Source: Sphagnum compactum
Lineage: Eukaryota
Direction: 5' to 3'
Length of the DNA: 64,000 nt
NCBI GenBank assembly: GCA_965153455.1
Contig: OZ234493.1
Coordinates: 24,976,213 to 25,040,212 of the forward strand
The notes under the pieces were generated by a model, which saw nothing but the letters and a program-made list of their open reading frames with translations, was not told the DNA's origin and did no database searches. Position 1 is the first letter of the stretch. Every line of letters begins with the position of its first letter. Shown piece by piece: positions 27,130 through 41,155 of this stretch. The position numbers and the translations under genes are program-made.

Positions 27130-30100
27130 AATAATGGGAACAATTTTATCAAATCTTGTTGATTCATCATTTGAACATGTATCACATTCATATGGTTTTC
27201 ATTTGGTTTCAACATACAAATATGAAATAGGCAATTGTCTTTTTGATTTTATATATTGTTTATTAGATAATCATTTGTCATCTCTTCAATTGAAGCAAAA
27301 TAACATGGCACATTTAAATGAATGTTTATTTTTGAATATAGAAAAAGCCCAACAATGCCATATTTGAGAATGAAATCCTAGTTTTCTATTTGATTTGCAT
27401 CAAGATATGGTGACAAGAAGTACGTGACAAAAATGACATTATGTGCTGCAATGGGAGGTTTTTGGGGTGATTTCATTGTAATATTTTGGATGGTTGAATA
27501 TTTAGAAAGGCCAATTTACATTTGGAATAAAATATCAAAACACATTATGTTTCAATGTGGGATGGATATTCAATCTAGCTCATTAAATATAACTTACAAC
27601 TTTCAACATTTTGAGCCAATTGAATATGTTAATGGTCTATTTTAGACCTGAGTCTTCACTTATTTTTCAAGCAAATGATCCCAAAGTTCATATACATTTG
27701 GATGATTTTTCATCTTTTTCGGAATTGATGATGCAAAAACCTCAAATTCAATTCTCACAACTAATTACGAGTTTTTATTGGAATGAAAAACTTGACTTTA
27801 CATTAATGGAAATTTGAATAATATTAGGATACACAATTACAATAAGTTGTTTCCTTATTCAACACTTCATACAATATAAATATTACTAAAAAATAAAATA
27901 AAAATATATTCAATATGTACAAAAACAAATGAGAAACAATATAAATTTTCCTATCAATTATGAGCTTTTGTCTAATCCATCCACTTTAATGTTTCAAACC
28001 AAAGTTCAGACAATACCTAAATTTCAAATGGAACATTTCCAAGATTTAATTATTGATCTTAATATAACACATTGAAGGAAAAAAATTTGATTGGGCACTT
28101 TATGGCAATAATATTGAACTATTAAATGTTTGTCCAAATCTTACTTATTTTGAAAAAACATCGAAATTAATTAACATGTTTTCAAATATTAAAAAAGTAA
28201 GATCACAAATTATGAATCACATTATATATATAGTAAAAAATCAGATAAATCTTCCATAAATGACAAATTTCAATCATCATATAGTGAAAATATTCTAAAA
28301 GAAACAAAACAACTAATTCCTAAACAATGATTTTTTGTAGAACATGATGTTCAATTAGATAAAATAAAACATAATGATAACATAAAGGAAAATGAAAAAA
28401 AATGCATTGAAATTTATAATAAAAATCTAAGATGTTCCCATAATTCCATGTTTTAGTTGTGAAAGGTTATGTTTTTTAAGACAACTTAAATGGTTTTAAA
28501 ACAACTTTCTACATACTTTCAAATTTAAATAAAACCTGATTTCACATCATACATACGTACAAGTTGTTTACATAATATCATGAAAATAGACCTCCTTTGC
28601 ATCAAATACTTAATAAAATTTCCAGAAACAAAATCACTCCATTAGTCCAAAAACAAACACAATTAGAAGAACATCTTATTTCAACACATCTTACTATTGC
28701 TCAAATTTATAAACCATATGGGTATGGACAATACAGGATGCATGTTGGTGTTATTAATGTCCTTACAAACGTGGATGAAATTCAATCAATATTACCACAT
28801 CTACCACATGATGCAATAATAAATGTGTTTTTAAACGATGTCTTGAATATAAATCACCTTATATGTTAATAAATATTCATTTAAATATGGTGATGACTGT
28901 TTTATGAAATTTAATTTAAACACCATAATATAAAAATTGAATGTTACCATTCATCATCAATGGGCAAGTTTGTTTACTTTGTATATGGATTTAAAATCCC
29001 AAATTCTTAATTCTAGTTGTGATGCATCATTTGATAATTCTAATTCAATAATGAAAAATTACATCGTACATCAATAAACTTGATAATACATAACTTTTTG
29101 GAAGTTCCAAAAATAATGGAATATGAAAATATTATATATTCTATTGCCCTGAGTCAACATTTTCATTCGAGTTAAGTTTATTTAAAGATAAACATTCAGA
29201 AGAACTAAAAATTTCCAACATTGTCTTATGGCTAACTTCGACAATTTTCAAAAGGTTTTTCATATAAAAAAATAGGTTAATGGGAATTACTTCATAAATC
29301 TAGGGATTTTTCAACTAATACTTTTAACTTTTTAAAAAAATTATTAAAGTTTCCATATAAAATGTCATAGGTTTAGGTTGGGTGTGAATATAAAAAAGAA
29401 ATTATGTGGTAGAACCTTGAAAGTTTCTCAAGTACAAGATAAACCAAACTTAATAATATTTTCAAATCAAACCTAGGTTATGTGATTTACAAGGCTTACA
29501 TAATTCACTTTATTATTTTGAGAAATTACCAAAAAAAAATTATTTGTAATGATCAAGGAATTTGGTCCTCCAACATTCTTTGTCACTTTTACATCTATTG
29601 AAAGATTATGGGACCCTTTCATTAAATTTTTGCACATATTACAAGTTTTGAGATTAAATCTCCCAAATAAAATAAAAGATTTACAATCTTTTCATATAAC
29701 ATAATTAATACAAAGCAACCCTATCACATGTGCAAGATATTATGATCATAAAACATTTTGTTTCCATAAAATTATGACAAAAGACCATTATCATTTTAGG
29801 CATATTTCTTGTTTTTATTTTGTCATTGAATTTCAAAATCATGGGAGTGAACATGATCGTGGACTTTTATGGATTAAAAATGCGCCTATGTATGGAATGC
29901 ACACAAAGAAAAAAATTAAACAATATGTTAACATGTATATTTCTTGTGATGTATCATTATACCAAATCCATTGCAAAATGCACAACAACATCAACACAAT
30001 TATACATGTAAGAAAAAAAACAATGTTGTTTGTAAATTTCATTATCCATTAACTCCTATGCATGAAATAAAATTTTTAGGACCATTTCAAATAGATGGGA

Positions 30101-32220
30101 ATTATCCATTTTCACAACAATACCTCTAGACAAAAAATAAAATATATATCATTTTTTGAATTTTTGAATTCTTTAAACCTTAATGAAAATATATATAATT
30201 TTTTTACCACAATTGTTGTGCTTATGGCCAAAGGTGTAAAATGTAGCCAAATATTTTTTTTTGTGTTTGTTTTCTAATAACTTGGCACTTGGAGTAAATG
30301 GTTGTTAAGTGCGATAAATATATTGGTATAAGATTTAGCTTTTTACTTTGGCATTGATTAGAGCATGTTTATCTTGTGTTTTCTTACCATTATATCATTC
30401 ATTTCAAACATTTTAGTTCATCAATACTTTTCCTTTTGAAGAATGTGTTTTTGTGTTAAAACCACAAGTTACATTAACTTAATTAAAACTTGATTCAACT
30501 AATATAATGTGTTCATCAATCATCAGAAATATATTAATCATCCTAGTCAATATGAATCTTTGTTACTAACAAATTGTAGTTTTTTTATAAAGTTAAAAAA
30601 TAAAATTTCAAAACATCGTAAACCTAAAATTATTAGGTTTGTCAATTATAATAAATATAAAGATATTGAAAATTGGTTGAGAGAATAATTTTTATTATAT
30701 TCACCATTTCAAACTTCAAAACATTTGCAACTTGAAACTAATATAACAATTTATAAATTCAATTTGTAATCAACAACCACCCAATAATTTTATTATGCCA
30801 TATTATTTTTATACAAATAAACTTGTGCAAAAACATAATGAACATGTGTTTGTTAATACATTAGATCCCACAGTTATTTTCAAAGCAATGGATATTAATC
30901 ATCAATCACGCCCACCATTTTATAAACTTTCAAATGATCCAAGTAAAACTGCAAGTTTGCATTCTACAATTCAAATAGAAAAGATATGTTGGTTGAATTA
31001 TGTGCTAGTAACTATGCAATGTATGATGGTCTTGTGACTGGAGTTGATGGCATTTTTAAAGCATATTGTGACAAAACCATCATATGAATAATGTCATATG
31101 AATCATATGAATAACCATCATTAAAATTGGAACATTGATAAGAGAAAAATATAGTTGTTATTACAACAATAACATTGAATCAAATTGGACACCAATTGAA
31201 CTTATCATAAAAGATATAAGAGTTTGTAAATCTTAATCATTTATCATAACAAGGATTCAATTTCCAATTCAACTTGCAACAATAAGAACCATCCATCGTT
31301 TTCAAGGATATCATTATATGAATTGATTTTTGATCTTACTAATGTTAAAAAACATGGGTTAACATACACAACATTATCCTGTATCCGAACAAAAGATTTT
31401 TTTTTGTTAATTCTTTTCCAACATGAAATTTCTTATGTGGATCCAAAAGTACATATACAAATGAATAGATTGAAAATAATTACGACTTAGATACCATTAA
31501 TTCTTCAATTAAAAATCTTACATAATTATCATGTAACTATACAAGCTTTGAATACAACTTTTTTATGTCAACATTATGAAAACATCAACTATGATCATAA
31601 CCTTCAAATGTCTCATATTTCATGTCTTGTAGAAATAAAAATACACCATGCATCAATAAACATGTGCACAAATTTATAAATTCATTGAAGTATTCATATA
31701 ATTCAATCCATGATGGTCATGGGTTAATGATGTTGTATAACATACACATGCATTTAAAATTTTTTAAAACAATAATTAATAATGGTTCATTATACATAAC
31801 AACTTTTATATTAATACACGAAAATCAATACATATTGTATGTGTGTGTAGAACTCATTCATGTTCATTTTCTACATTCTTAAACAAACTTCAAATTATAA
31901 TTCAAGATTTTCCCAAACATTGTGCAATCGTCATAATGGGAGATTTTAATGTCGATAATCTAAAGACAACCACCATGGAAAAAATAAACAAAAACTATTA
32001 GATTTCATGGATAAGTTCAAATTAAAATCACAATTTAGTGAAAGCGCCATAAAAGTTAGATCTCAATTAGACCATATATGGGCAAATGTCCTTAGAAATG
32101 AATGTAAATCTAGTGTAACATAAGCATATTTGCCAAATTTTCACAAATCAATGTATATTGCATTCAAATTACCAAATGCACTTCCTATGTATAACAAAAA
32201 ACCATTATCATCTCCATTTC
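27130..32220 (+). mobile_element. Fossil Helentron/Helitron2-type rolling-circle transposon ORF: OTU - DUF6570-like - Rep(HUH) - Pif1 helicase - APE/EEP endonuclease
   Basis: Ordered fragments with many stops. OTU: GNCLF (~27230), WGDF (~27463), QHFEPI (~27605). CFSCERLCF (~28450), then QLEEHLIS...YGQYRMHVGVINV (28597-28869). Rep: MIKEFGPPTFFVTFTS (~29550), EFQNHGSEHDRGLLW (~29828), QQHQHNYTCKKK (~29985). Helicase: FYTNKLVQKHN (~30805), DGLVTGVDG (~31025), RIQFPIQLATIRTIHRFQG (~31250), GLTYTTLS (~31356). Endonuclease: IQALNT (~31540), IVIMGDFNVD (~31927), SQLDHIW (~32061), FHK (~32138). Confidence 0.85.
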
Positions 32221-35200
32221 TTTAAAGTGTAGCGTACGAATGTTGCATTTTCCATTTAATTAAGACACCCAGAATGGTGGCACCTTGTGGCCTAAATTTA
32301 TATATTTTTATTAGTTTTCATGGACAATGTGCAAAAAAATTCATAATCATCAACCACAAGATGAAAAAAAACTTGGATGTTTTTTTATCCACGTGTACAC
32401 CCATCAAGCACAACAACAAACCACGTTTCATAGAAAATCTTAAAGCCAAAATGTGAAAACAAAATTATAAGAAATGTCAAATTTTTAAACTTGAAAGTGA
32501 AATGAGACTAAAAATTAAGTGGATAACTTTCCCAACTCTTTTCATTGAAATAATATCCATCCATCACTAATGTTTGTTTCAAACATCTAAGTATCTAGTT
32601 TTACCTTGTGCACATTATGAAAAATTGTTGACACTTTTTTGGGAAAAACTTGGATTGAATTTTGACACAATATTGTTCTTTACAATTTTATATTTATTTT
32701 TATGATTAAAAAAAAGAAATGGAATTATGGTTGGAATTTTTAAGTATGCACAATGAATTTTAAAAAGGTTTTTTTAAAAAAATCTTAGTACAAATGTAAA
32801 AAAAGATTTTCAAAATCCTTCATATAGCCAACAAACTCTTATCCCATGAATTCATAATACAATTTGAAATATAATACATTATTTTAGGATGGAGCCTCTT
32901 GTGGTGGAGCTTCTTGTTCTTATACTCATATATACTACACCCTAGGGCCAGATTTCACATGGACAAAATGAATATATATTTTTTCCAAAAAATATTTACT
33001 TTATTTTTATAAATTTGAAATTTGAAATTTTTCATGATCTATTAATATGATATTGTCTTACAAGGAGTGAAATTATTCAGATTTTAGCCCGTGATAGTTA
33101 TGATGGGTTTTTTTCACCACCTCAACTTCCTATTTCCATGAAAACCCATTTCACTATTTTAAAGATTATTTAACGACGAAATGGATCCTAGGGTAAAGAA
33201 GTCACGAGGGTCATGATTTATGATAACCTTGAGTTATATGTAATTAGCTGATGTGATTGGCACTCATGAGAGAGTCTAGCACTTCGTTAGGAACTTTGTA
33301 GACTATTTCCTAGATGATGTTATATGTTTGGGTTCATACATTTAACCCTAAGAAGCTTAGGGTGAAAGGTGGAATCTCTCCTTGGTGACACTTATGTACT
33401 TATATCATGAGTGCTTTTTTTGAGGGTCAATTTTGTGATGTGGCTAAAGTGGCAATCATCCATATGAAGATTTAGCCAAATTTAGCTATATAAATGAGAA
33501 TTCATATAGCTAAATTTTAGGAAAGAAAAAAGAATTTAAACATTCGTTTATATTTTTGACTACCTATTTGAACCATGTTTTAGAAATCTGATGATTAGAT
33601 TAATTTCATTTAATTTTCCAATTTCTAGTGGTCAAAAAATTTCAAAAATCACTTTGCTATTAGCATTTTAAAAAAATTTTAATTTCATTTTTGGTCATAA
33701 TTTTAGGAGTCAAAAGAAGAGAGCAAATAAGGACATCAATAGAGGTGGCCAACATGAATTCCAAGAGTTGAATTGAGTGTAAATCAAGCAGCTCATCATG
33801 TAATGGCTCTGTCCATTATGACAACAAGTCCAAACAAAATCATGAGAAATGATGGAACCATGTAAACCATGATGGGTATGTAATTGAATTGATGATACCC
33901 AGTTTCACTAACCAGTACACCCAGTTTTGCACACTCAAATTGGGGATGAAACAACAATTACAAGGTCAAAACCAGGTCCCAAACACAGGGTGACTTTAAA
34001 AAGGATAATTACTTAATGGTTCTCCTTCCTTCAGTTGTAAGTGGTTCCAGTCATACCCAGTTTCCAACAAGTAAAATATTCAATTCTGTTGAGCATGGCC
34101 TGCCACCTAACAATGTGTGAACAAGCTCTCTAATACGAGTGTTGAGTTCCAATCCATAATGATGCTCAATTCAATTCGGCGGTATTGCTAGTGGCAAGGA
34201 CTGCCATGATATTGTTGTTGCTGTGGATTGTTATAGGTAGGCAGGATCATCTTCCTCATGATTCCCGGAGTACACACAATCTGTTACAAACTTGTGAGTT
34301 ATCTATACTTTGGTACTTTAAAGTTCATAGCTAGCATGTTAACTTTGCTTTGAGTATAACAATGTTTGATGGATAGGACAACCAGAAATTTTGAAAAATA
34401 AGTTACCGCACCAACCAAAAATGCAACACAATTGACAAGCAACGAATAGAAATTTGCATGTAAAACAAGTTACCACAACAACTGACAAATCAACACAATC
34501 AACAAAGAGAAATTTTGTATGTAAAGTCTTGGTACTATTACTGCTCTCTGGAGTCCATAGTCCATGCCAGTGTAATTGGGGTGGTGGTTCTTTGATTTTT
34601 GTATAACCTCCAGTTCAAGGTTTTCCAAAAGTTTCAAATGGGGTTTTTTGAGAATAAAATAACTGTCGGTTGTGAGGTTTTCAAAATTTTCAAAGGTTTT
34701 CCTATGAGAACTGACAGTTTAGTGTAAATTCTTAGACTGGTTCTTGAGTTTTTAGAACCATGGATCATACCCTTGGCCCTTACGCAGACGTCAGTTCCTT
34801 TCTTTTTCCAAAAAGGAGAGCCACTCAAAACTCATCCATATCCTTTGGCATTGCTTTAAAGAAAGAAAGGTTGGTGCTTCTGCAATTCCCACTTTTACTT
34901 TTGTTGCCAGGATCAAATGATCAGATTTGCATTGCAGGATGAGGGGAGTCACATGAAGCTTGCAAATCTGGTCATGAGAGTCCACAGATGATACAAGAGA
35001 CAGACAATAATAGTACATTAAACTCCACAAAGTTTGAACAAAGTAAAATTTCAGTGAAAGCAAATTTAAGCTTATCTATAGTACAGTTTCTTTGTTTTGT
35101 TTTGTTTTGTTTTTATTTTCTTTCTTTCCCAATTTGGTAATGTGACAACAATATTGGTGATCATGCACAAGAGGATTTAGCCAAATTTGGCTACTTACAA

Positions 35201-36127
35201 GATTTGAAAGTATGAAGTTTTAAGAATCCTGCTATACTTTTGTTTCCTTCAAGACTAGACAGGCTCTTTTAAGTTTGACAAAACCTCAAGGCTCTCACAC
35301 ACATGCGGGGAGGGTTTGTGGTTAAAACATGAAGGATCTTTCTTGAGTTGATAATGATGAACAAGTCAACACTGTAATTGATGGAAAAATGGGTCATGTT
35401 TTATGTATTAAACAAAATAATCAATTTAAGGAAAAGATGAATCCTTGTACACAAAAACAATTTTTTTTTGAAACCTTAATCACATTGAGTGTGAATTAAA
35501 TTCAACCCAAACTTACTCATGTTAGTATAATTGCTACTTTGTTACTCACAGCACATGTCATCTTTACAGCAAACTTTGTATTTTAGTCCCTTGCAACCTA
35601 CTACATCTATGAGTCAAATTGGGCTTCTGTTTTTATTCACTATATATCTCAAGTCTCAACGTGTACTCAATTCATTTCATGCACTAAAATTTATTACTCA
35701 CTCTAAATAACTTCATAGCAGTTTAGTTATGTGATCGACATTCAAGGTCTAGTTTGTACAATTTAGCACTTCGATATTCTTGACATGTTAAAAAGTAAAT
35801 AGTTGCACATTGCTCCCACTTTCATGTGAATAGCTCTAAGCAACATCCAACCACACACAGAAAATGATATTGTCATAAAATATTTTTGATTACTCATATA
35901 TTGTCATTTACTTTCAAAACCCTCCCCATAGTCCCTAATACTTTGCAATTCTCTCTAGAAGCTCTTACATTGTATGCTTCTCATCCCACAACTAGTACCA
36001 CACCCACATTAAGTAGAGCACACAACACAATTGATTAGTTTTCAGCCACACAAGTTCTACCCTTCACACAAATGAATATTTTCAAAGTTCAACTTGCAAA
36101 TCCAACTTGAAGATAGCTGGCTACAAT

Positions 36128-36340
36128 AGGTGCATTCACACCTAATGTTAAGTCAGTGTTCAGTGTGAATCTAGTTGGCATCTTAGGTGGCACCCAATGT
36201 TAATTGGGTGATTGTTTAATATTATGTGAATGTTAACTTAACATAAAATCTTTGTGGTAAATAGGTTTAGTTCCTAAATGACTAGCTTGGTTTTAGGGGA
36301 CTTAACACCAGAGTCATTAACACCAAGTGTGAATGCACCT
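36128..36340. mobile_element. MITE, Tourist/PIF-Harbinger-like
   Basis: Perfect 14-bp TIRs AGGTGCATTCACAC (36128-36141) and GTGTGAATGCACCT (36327-36340), extending to ~23 bp with 3 mismatches. The TSD is not clean. Confidence 0.7.
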
Positions 36341-38042
36341 TTAGATTACTTAGTTATCCTGATTTCTTATCCTAATGATATCCTAAAAGATAACTTAGAT
36401 ATCCTCACATGTAGACAAAAATCAAAGAAACCCAATTATAATTTGTCAACATAGTACTCTACAAAACATCAAATTGGCTAATATAATAAGCAAGTGGACA
36501 CAAATACAATGAACAAGTCTTCGCATGTTATTCCTCAAGTTCCACTTGAAAGAAGTTCCTATGTGGCATGCCGCAATCCTTAGGAGGGAATTTTAGGGCT
36601 TGTATTATTCTAAGCACCAAATTTTTCATCCAGGGAAGAGGCCATGCTTGAATAAAAAGAGCCCATCAGCACAAAGCATAATTTACCCATTAATGAAACT
36701 AAAGACACTGCAAAGAAGTGATGTTTAGACCCATTCATATAACTTCTTTAATCTTGCATTTTACTCTCTTATTATTGTTGTGGATGTCAAAGGATACATA
36801 TAGATCAATATGTTTTCAAATTGGAGGTCTCTTGATGGTTTCATGGAGAATGAACTAACAAGTTGTTACTATGAAGTATGTGCCTATTTTGTCTCCTACA
36901 TAGTTTTCCATGAGAACTTCATTGGAGATTTATATGCTTTGGCAAAAATGCACATGGGATTATTTCTTTGAGTATAAAAAGTACAATTTTGTACACATTT
37001 CTTAAAATTTGAAGAATTGGTTTGGGGGAATAAAGTCATGGATTTCTATGGCGTGTACAACAAACACATAAGGAACACTAACATCAACAAAAACAAGTAT
37101 TTTGGGCAAATTATGAGAACACAACTCAAAATGCTATTTATTGAGAGCTTGTTGGAAATTTCACCTAAACTCTTGAAATTCGAGTAAACAAATGTTTTAC
37201 TAGGAGATCGTAAGTGATTTTTGCAAGCACCCATTGTGAAACTTGTGGGTCCATGATCACATAACTTCAAGAACCAATTGTGACACCGTGGGGAAGAAAT
37301 GCAAGGACTTTTGACTAACATTGGGAATGCAAAAGACACCACTGAAAAGAAATTTGGTTTTGTTTGAAAATAATGAAAGACTTACTTCTGGCCCTCTGCC
37401 AATGACCTTGACTTCAAAGTGCCAATGGCTTGGCAGGTCGGGTATGCTCTTGAGCTTCCAATATATATTTTTTAAAAACCACTTCAACATCATCTATGGG
37501 TCAACTGAAAGGCCAAAATTAATGGTCACAAGTAGTTTTAAGGAAGCAAAAAAAAAAAATAGAGTTTCTTTTTTCATCCATACCAAACAAGTAGGAACCA
37601 AAAATCTATGTGTGAATGGACAAATGAATGGAACTTGTGAGGGAAGTGAACTACTAACTAATTTTTATCATGGATAATAAGTCAAAATTAAAGACTTATT
37701 GTGTGTGGAACGACATGATGTTACGCGTTGAAGTCAACTTAGAATGTGCAATTTGAAGAACACATGTCTGTCCGAGGCCAGATGAGCTAACACCACTACA
37801 AGTCTAGTACTTTCCTTTACACCTAGGAGAACCGTGCAAATATATATTTTGTTAATTTAACATTGATGTAAAGCTCCCCTCTCTAGCATGTTACTTAACA
37901 TTGTGTTTTTATTTTAAGATTTAATTTATTTAAAAAATTGACGTTAAGTTATACTTAACATCAACTTAACATTGCGTGTGATTGCAGCTTATTATGTTAA
38001 ACACTCCCAGGCAAGGCTCTTCAGGGTTGGTCTGTGAAATCC

Positions 38043-38159
38043 ACTGTTCAGGAATGCTACATGTGGTGAAGACAGAAATATGTCACAAATTTTGATAATA
38101 TCATGTGCAAAAAAATTGTCATAAATGTGAATCAACCTCGCATAGCATTCCTGAATGGG
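38043..38159. mobile_element. Small MITE-like foldback
   Basis: Perfect 13-bp inverted repeats TTCAGGAATGCTA (38047-38059) and TAGCATTCCTGAA (38143-38155). Confidence 0.55.
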
Positions 38160-40889
38160 TTAAAACTTTAGAACAGAAGTCAGGACCAAACAGACCCACC
38201 ACAAGCTTATGAAATGCCAAATTACGCTCAAGGGTCTCACCTGCATGTTCAAGGTGCATTCCATTTCATAGAAAGGATAGGGATTCGGGGTTTAGAGCCA
38301 GGCCCAGTCGTCTGGTCCATGAACAAGGCTCTTATGAAGAGCATCTAGGATTAGTTGGATCCAATTAGGAGGAGAAATAGGTAGGTACCTATGTACAACA
38401 AGCCAAGGCAAAATTGTAGCAAAGCAATCTGTATACATTCTGTTGCAACGGGGCAAGTAAGATACCCTTTTTGTCAAGGTGTTTCGTGAAATGGAAATTG
38501 GTTTTCTACTTAATTGCATGTGTGGATGTCTTTCATACAATGGAATGGGCATGGTAGGATCCGTTCCACTTAGGAACGATCAGAACCCATAGAATGATAT
38601 ACCATTCTGTGAGGTTGTAAGGGGGTAATAGGTTCTATGATTGCCCATTCGAAAGCGTAACCAAGGTTCCCGTTCCAGTTCTATACACAAATAAAAAATG
38701 GCAGCTTAGTTGTCTAGTCTTGGGTTCAGTTCATCAAAAACAGATATTCTGGTTTTGGTTCCAGTTTGGAAATCAGTCCCATTCGGATCCAGTTCTCACT
38801 AACTGGTACTAAACCGGCTGATTAACTGCTATTAAGCCCAAGTTCCAGTCCTTATCGTAGTTCTGGTTCCACACGGAAACAGAACTGGTAGTCTCATTCC
38901 AGGTCCAGTTCTTCAAAGAGCAAATTATAGGTCTAGCTTTGGTTATGAAAATCACACCAGGTTTGGATCTGGTTTGGATCCAGCTCTCAGTAACTGGAAT
39001 TGGGACTGGTGATCCTTTGATCCCCAACAATGAGAAACCCTAAAAAAAAACCTGAGTAGGACACCAAAAACTGGTAATGGCCAAGGATGCAGGTTTAGGG
39101 TTTAGTGCTTAGGGTTCCCCAAATAAGGTGCAAAAGGCAAAGGCCATAAGGATTAAAAGGTTTTGCTGAGGAGCAATGACTGAATCTCCTGATTCTCATC
39201 CTTTCACTATTCCTCCTCCATCTTCTCCCTTTGATCCTGAAGATCTCAACAATTTTGCTTTGTGTTGAGCATCTGCTGACACCGGCACCGGCCCTCGTTT
39301 CATTGTGGTTGGAGACAACCACTTTGAAAGGAATGCTGGTGGTGTCAGCAGATGCAGGTTGTAGACTCCAAACTTGCATCTGCAACCTTCCTCATTATAT
39401 GTAAGGTAGAAGTATTTACCCATAGTTCTGCTATGCTGTTGAGCAGCATTAAGGCTTATAGAATGGAGATGCTCAATACCCACCAAAGAGCTCTGTGATC
39501 TGGCACATTTCCAGGCTTGTCTTTTGCGGCCTGCATGGTTCTGCGCCAAACCTCGCTGTTTGGTTTTTCATGTTCTGCATGTTCTGCTATTCTATTAAGC
39601 TGCATTGAGGCTCTGCCTTATAGATTGGTTTGGAGCAATTTAGGGGCAGACAAATACTGATTTGATGAGAGTGTGGCACTCTTTAACTGGGATTTCAAGC
39701 TCCCTTCTTCCTGCAGTAAGAAAGAGGGGCTTATATCTCCTGAAATCAGGACTGGACTCCTGAATCCACTTTGTTCATGATGAAATATGTCAAGGGGGGA
39801 AACTGGAAACCAGTGTTGGGCGGTTATCTGATTTTCAAAGATAACCTCTGGCTCTGGTTTTCAGAAAAGTTGGAAATCAAATCACCTCAGGTTCCAGCTT
39901 TTAGAAAGATTTAGGAATCCAATAACCTAGAGTTATGGGTTTTTGAAAAATTTCAGAATTAAAAAACCTTTGGTTCTGGAGCAAAGCTAGGCCGAGTTTG
40001 TATATTTCTGTGGCAACTGAAATAAAGTTGAAGTACAAATTGGAATGTGGGTTTTGTACATGCCCTCTTTGTCTTTTGCAGCATCTTTGAGAAAAATGTT
40101 AAACTGGCTGCAGACATCCAGACCCACAAGACTGGCGAAAGCCAAAAAAAAAACACAAGGAATGTAGTTGATGGCTTCATCCATGAACCCAGAATCTGAA
40201 GAATGGGTTGTAACTTGTAAATTACTTGTGGTATGAATTGGGAGCATCCAAAACATCTTCAAATCCAAGGTTTGGAAATTCTCAAAAACTCTGGCACAAA
40301 CATATGGTGCTCATGAGGATTGAGCCAATGCCTCTTTGTGTTGGGGGGGGGGGGGGACGTTTGCTAGTTTGTGAAAATCTTGACAAAAATTGGATTAAAC
40401 ATGTTTTTGTTCAATGTACAACACCTATCCCCAATTGAATCGGAACAAGTTTCCTCATGGATGATGCACGAGTGGGAGTGCTGTGTCATGTACTGACCTC
40501 ATCAGTAGGCATTGCTTCAAGTGATTCAAATGTCCCCATGCAAAGGCAGATCAATATGATCAGTGGAGTGCCCCCACCATGCTGGCCTGCCTCGCTTGAT
40601 CATTATGCCAGATAATGCCATGACACCATAACATTACATCTCTTGATCATTATGCTGGATAATGCCATGATCATGCGTAACATTACATCTCTGACCCTGG
40701 GTGAAAATGCCATCATAGGGTCCTTGGGACTGTAGGGTCCTTGGGACTTTGGGATCCACCTTTGGTTCTTCACAGTGTGTAATGCTGGTGCATTGTCCTA
40801 CACATAACCTAAAATTCAGAGGTTCTCCAAGCTTTTGATTGGTCCTACACTCAACATTCACCCAAATTAACCTAGTGCCCTTCCTTTCT

Positions 40890-41155
40890 CATGACTTTTC
40901 ATCCATCAATAGGAGGGTTAATACAAGACTTTTCATCCATAAACAAGAGAGCTACACCTGTGACTTTTCATCCACCAATAGGAGGGGTAATACAAAACTT
41001 TTCATCCATCAACAAGAGAGCTACACCTGTGACTTTTCATCCACCAATAAGGAGTGTTATGTGACTTTTCATCCATCAATAGGAGGGTGACATGACTTTT
41101 CATCCCACCAACAAGACAGCTACAAACCCGTGAATTTTTCATTCATTCATAGGAA
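40890..41155. repeat. Tandem repeat, ~30-35-bp unit, about 8 copies, with alternating variants
   Basis: (TG)ACTTTTCATCCA(T/C)CAA is followed alternately by TAGGAGGG and CAAGAGAGCTACACC. Confidence 0.85.

Noticed and set aside
39092-39118. CTAAACCCTAAACC on the minus strand as a telomerase RNA template
   Set aside because: Telo-box-like motifs are scattered throughout the window. No USE/TATA promoter was seen, and a T5 run follows shortly downstream.
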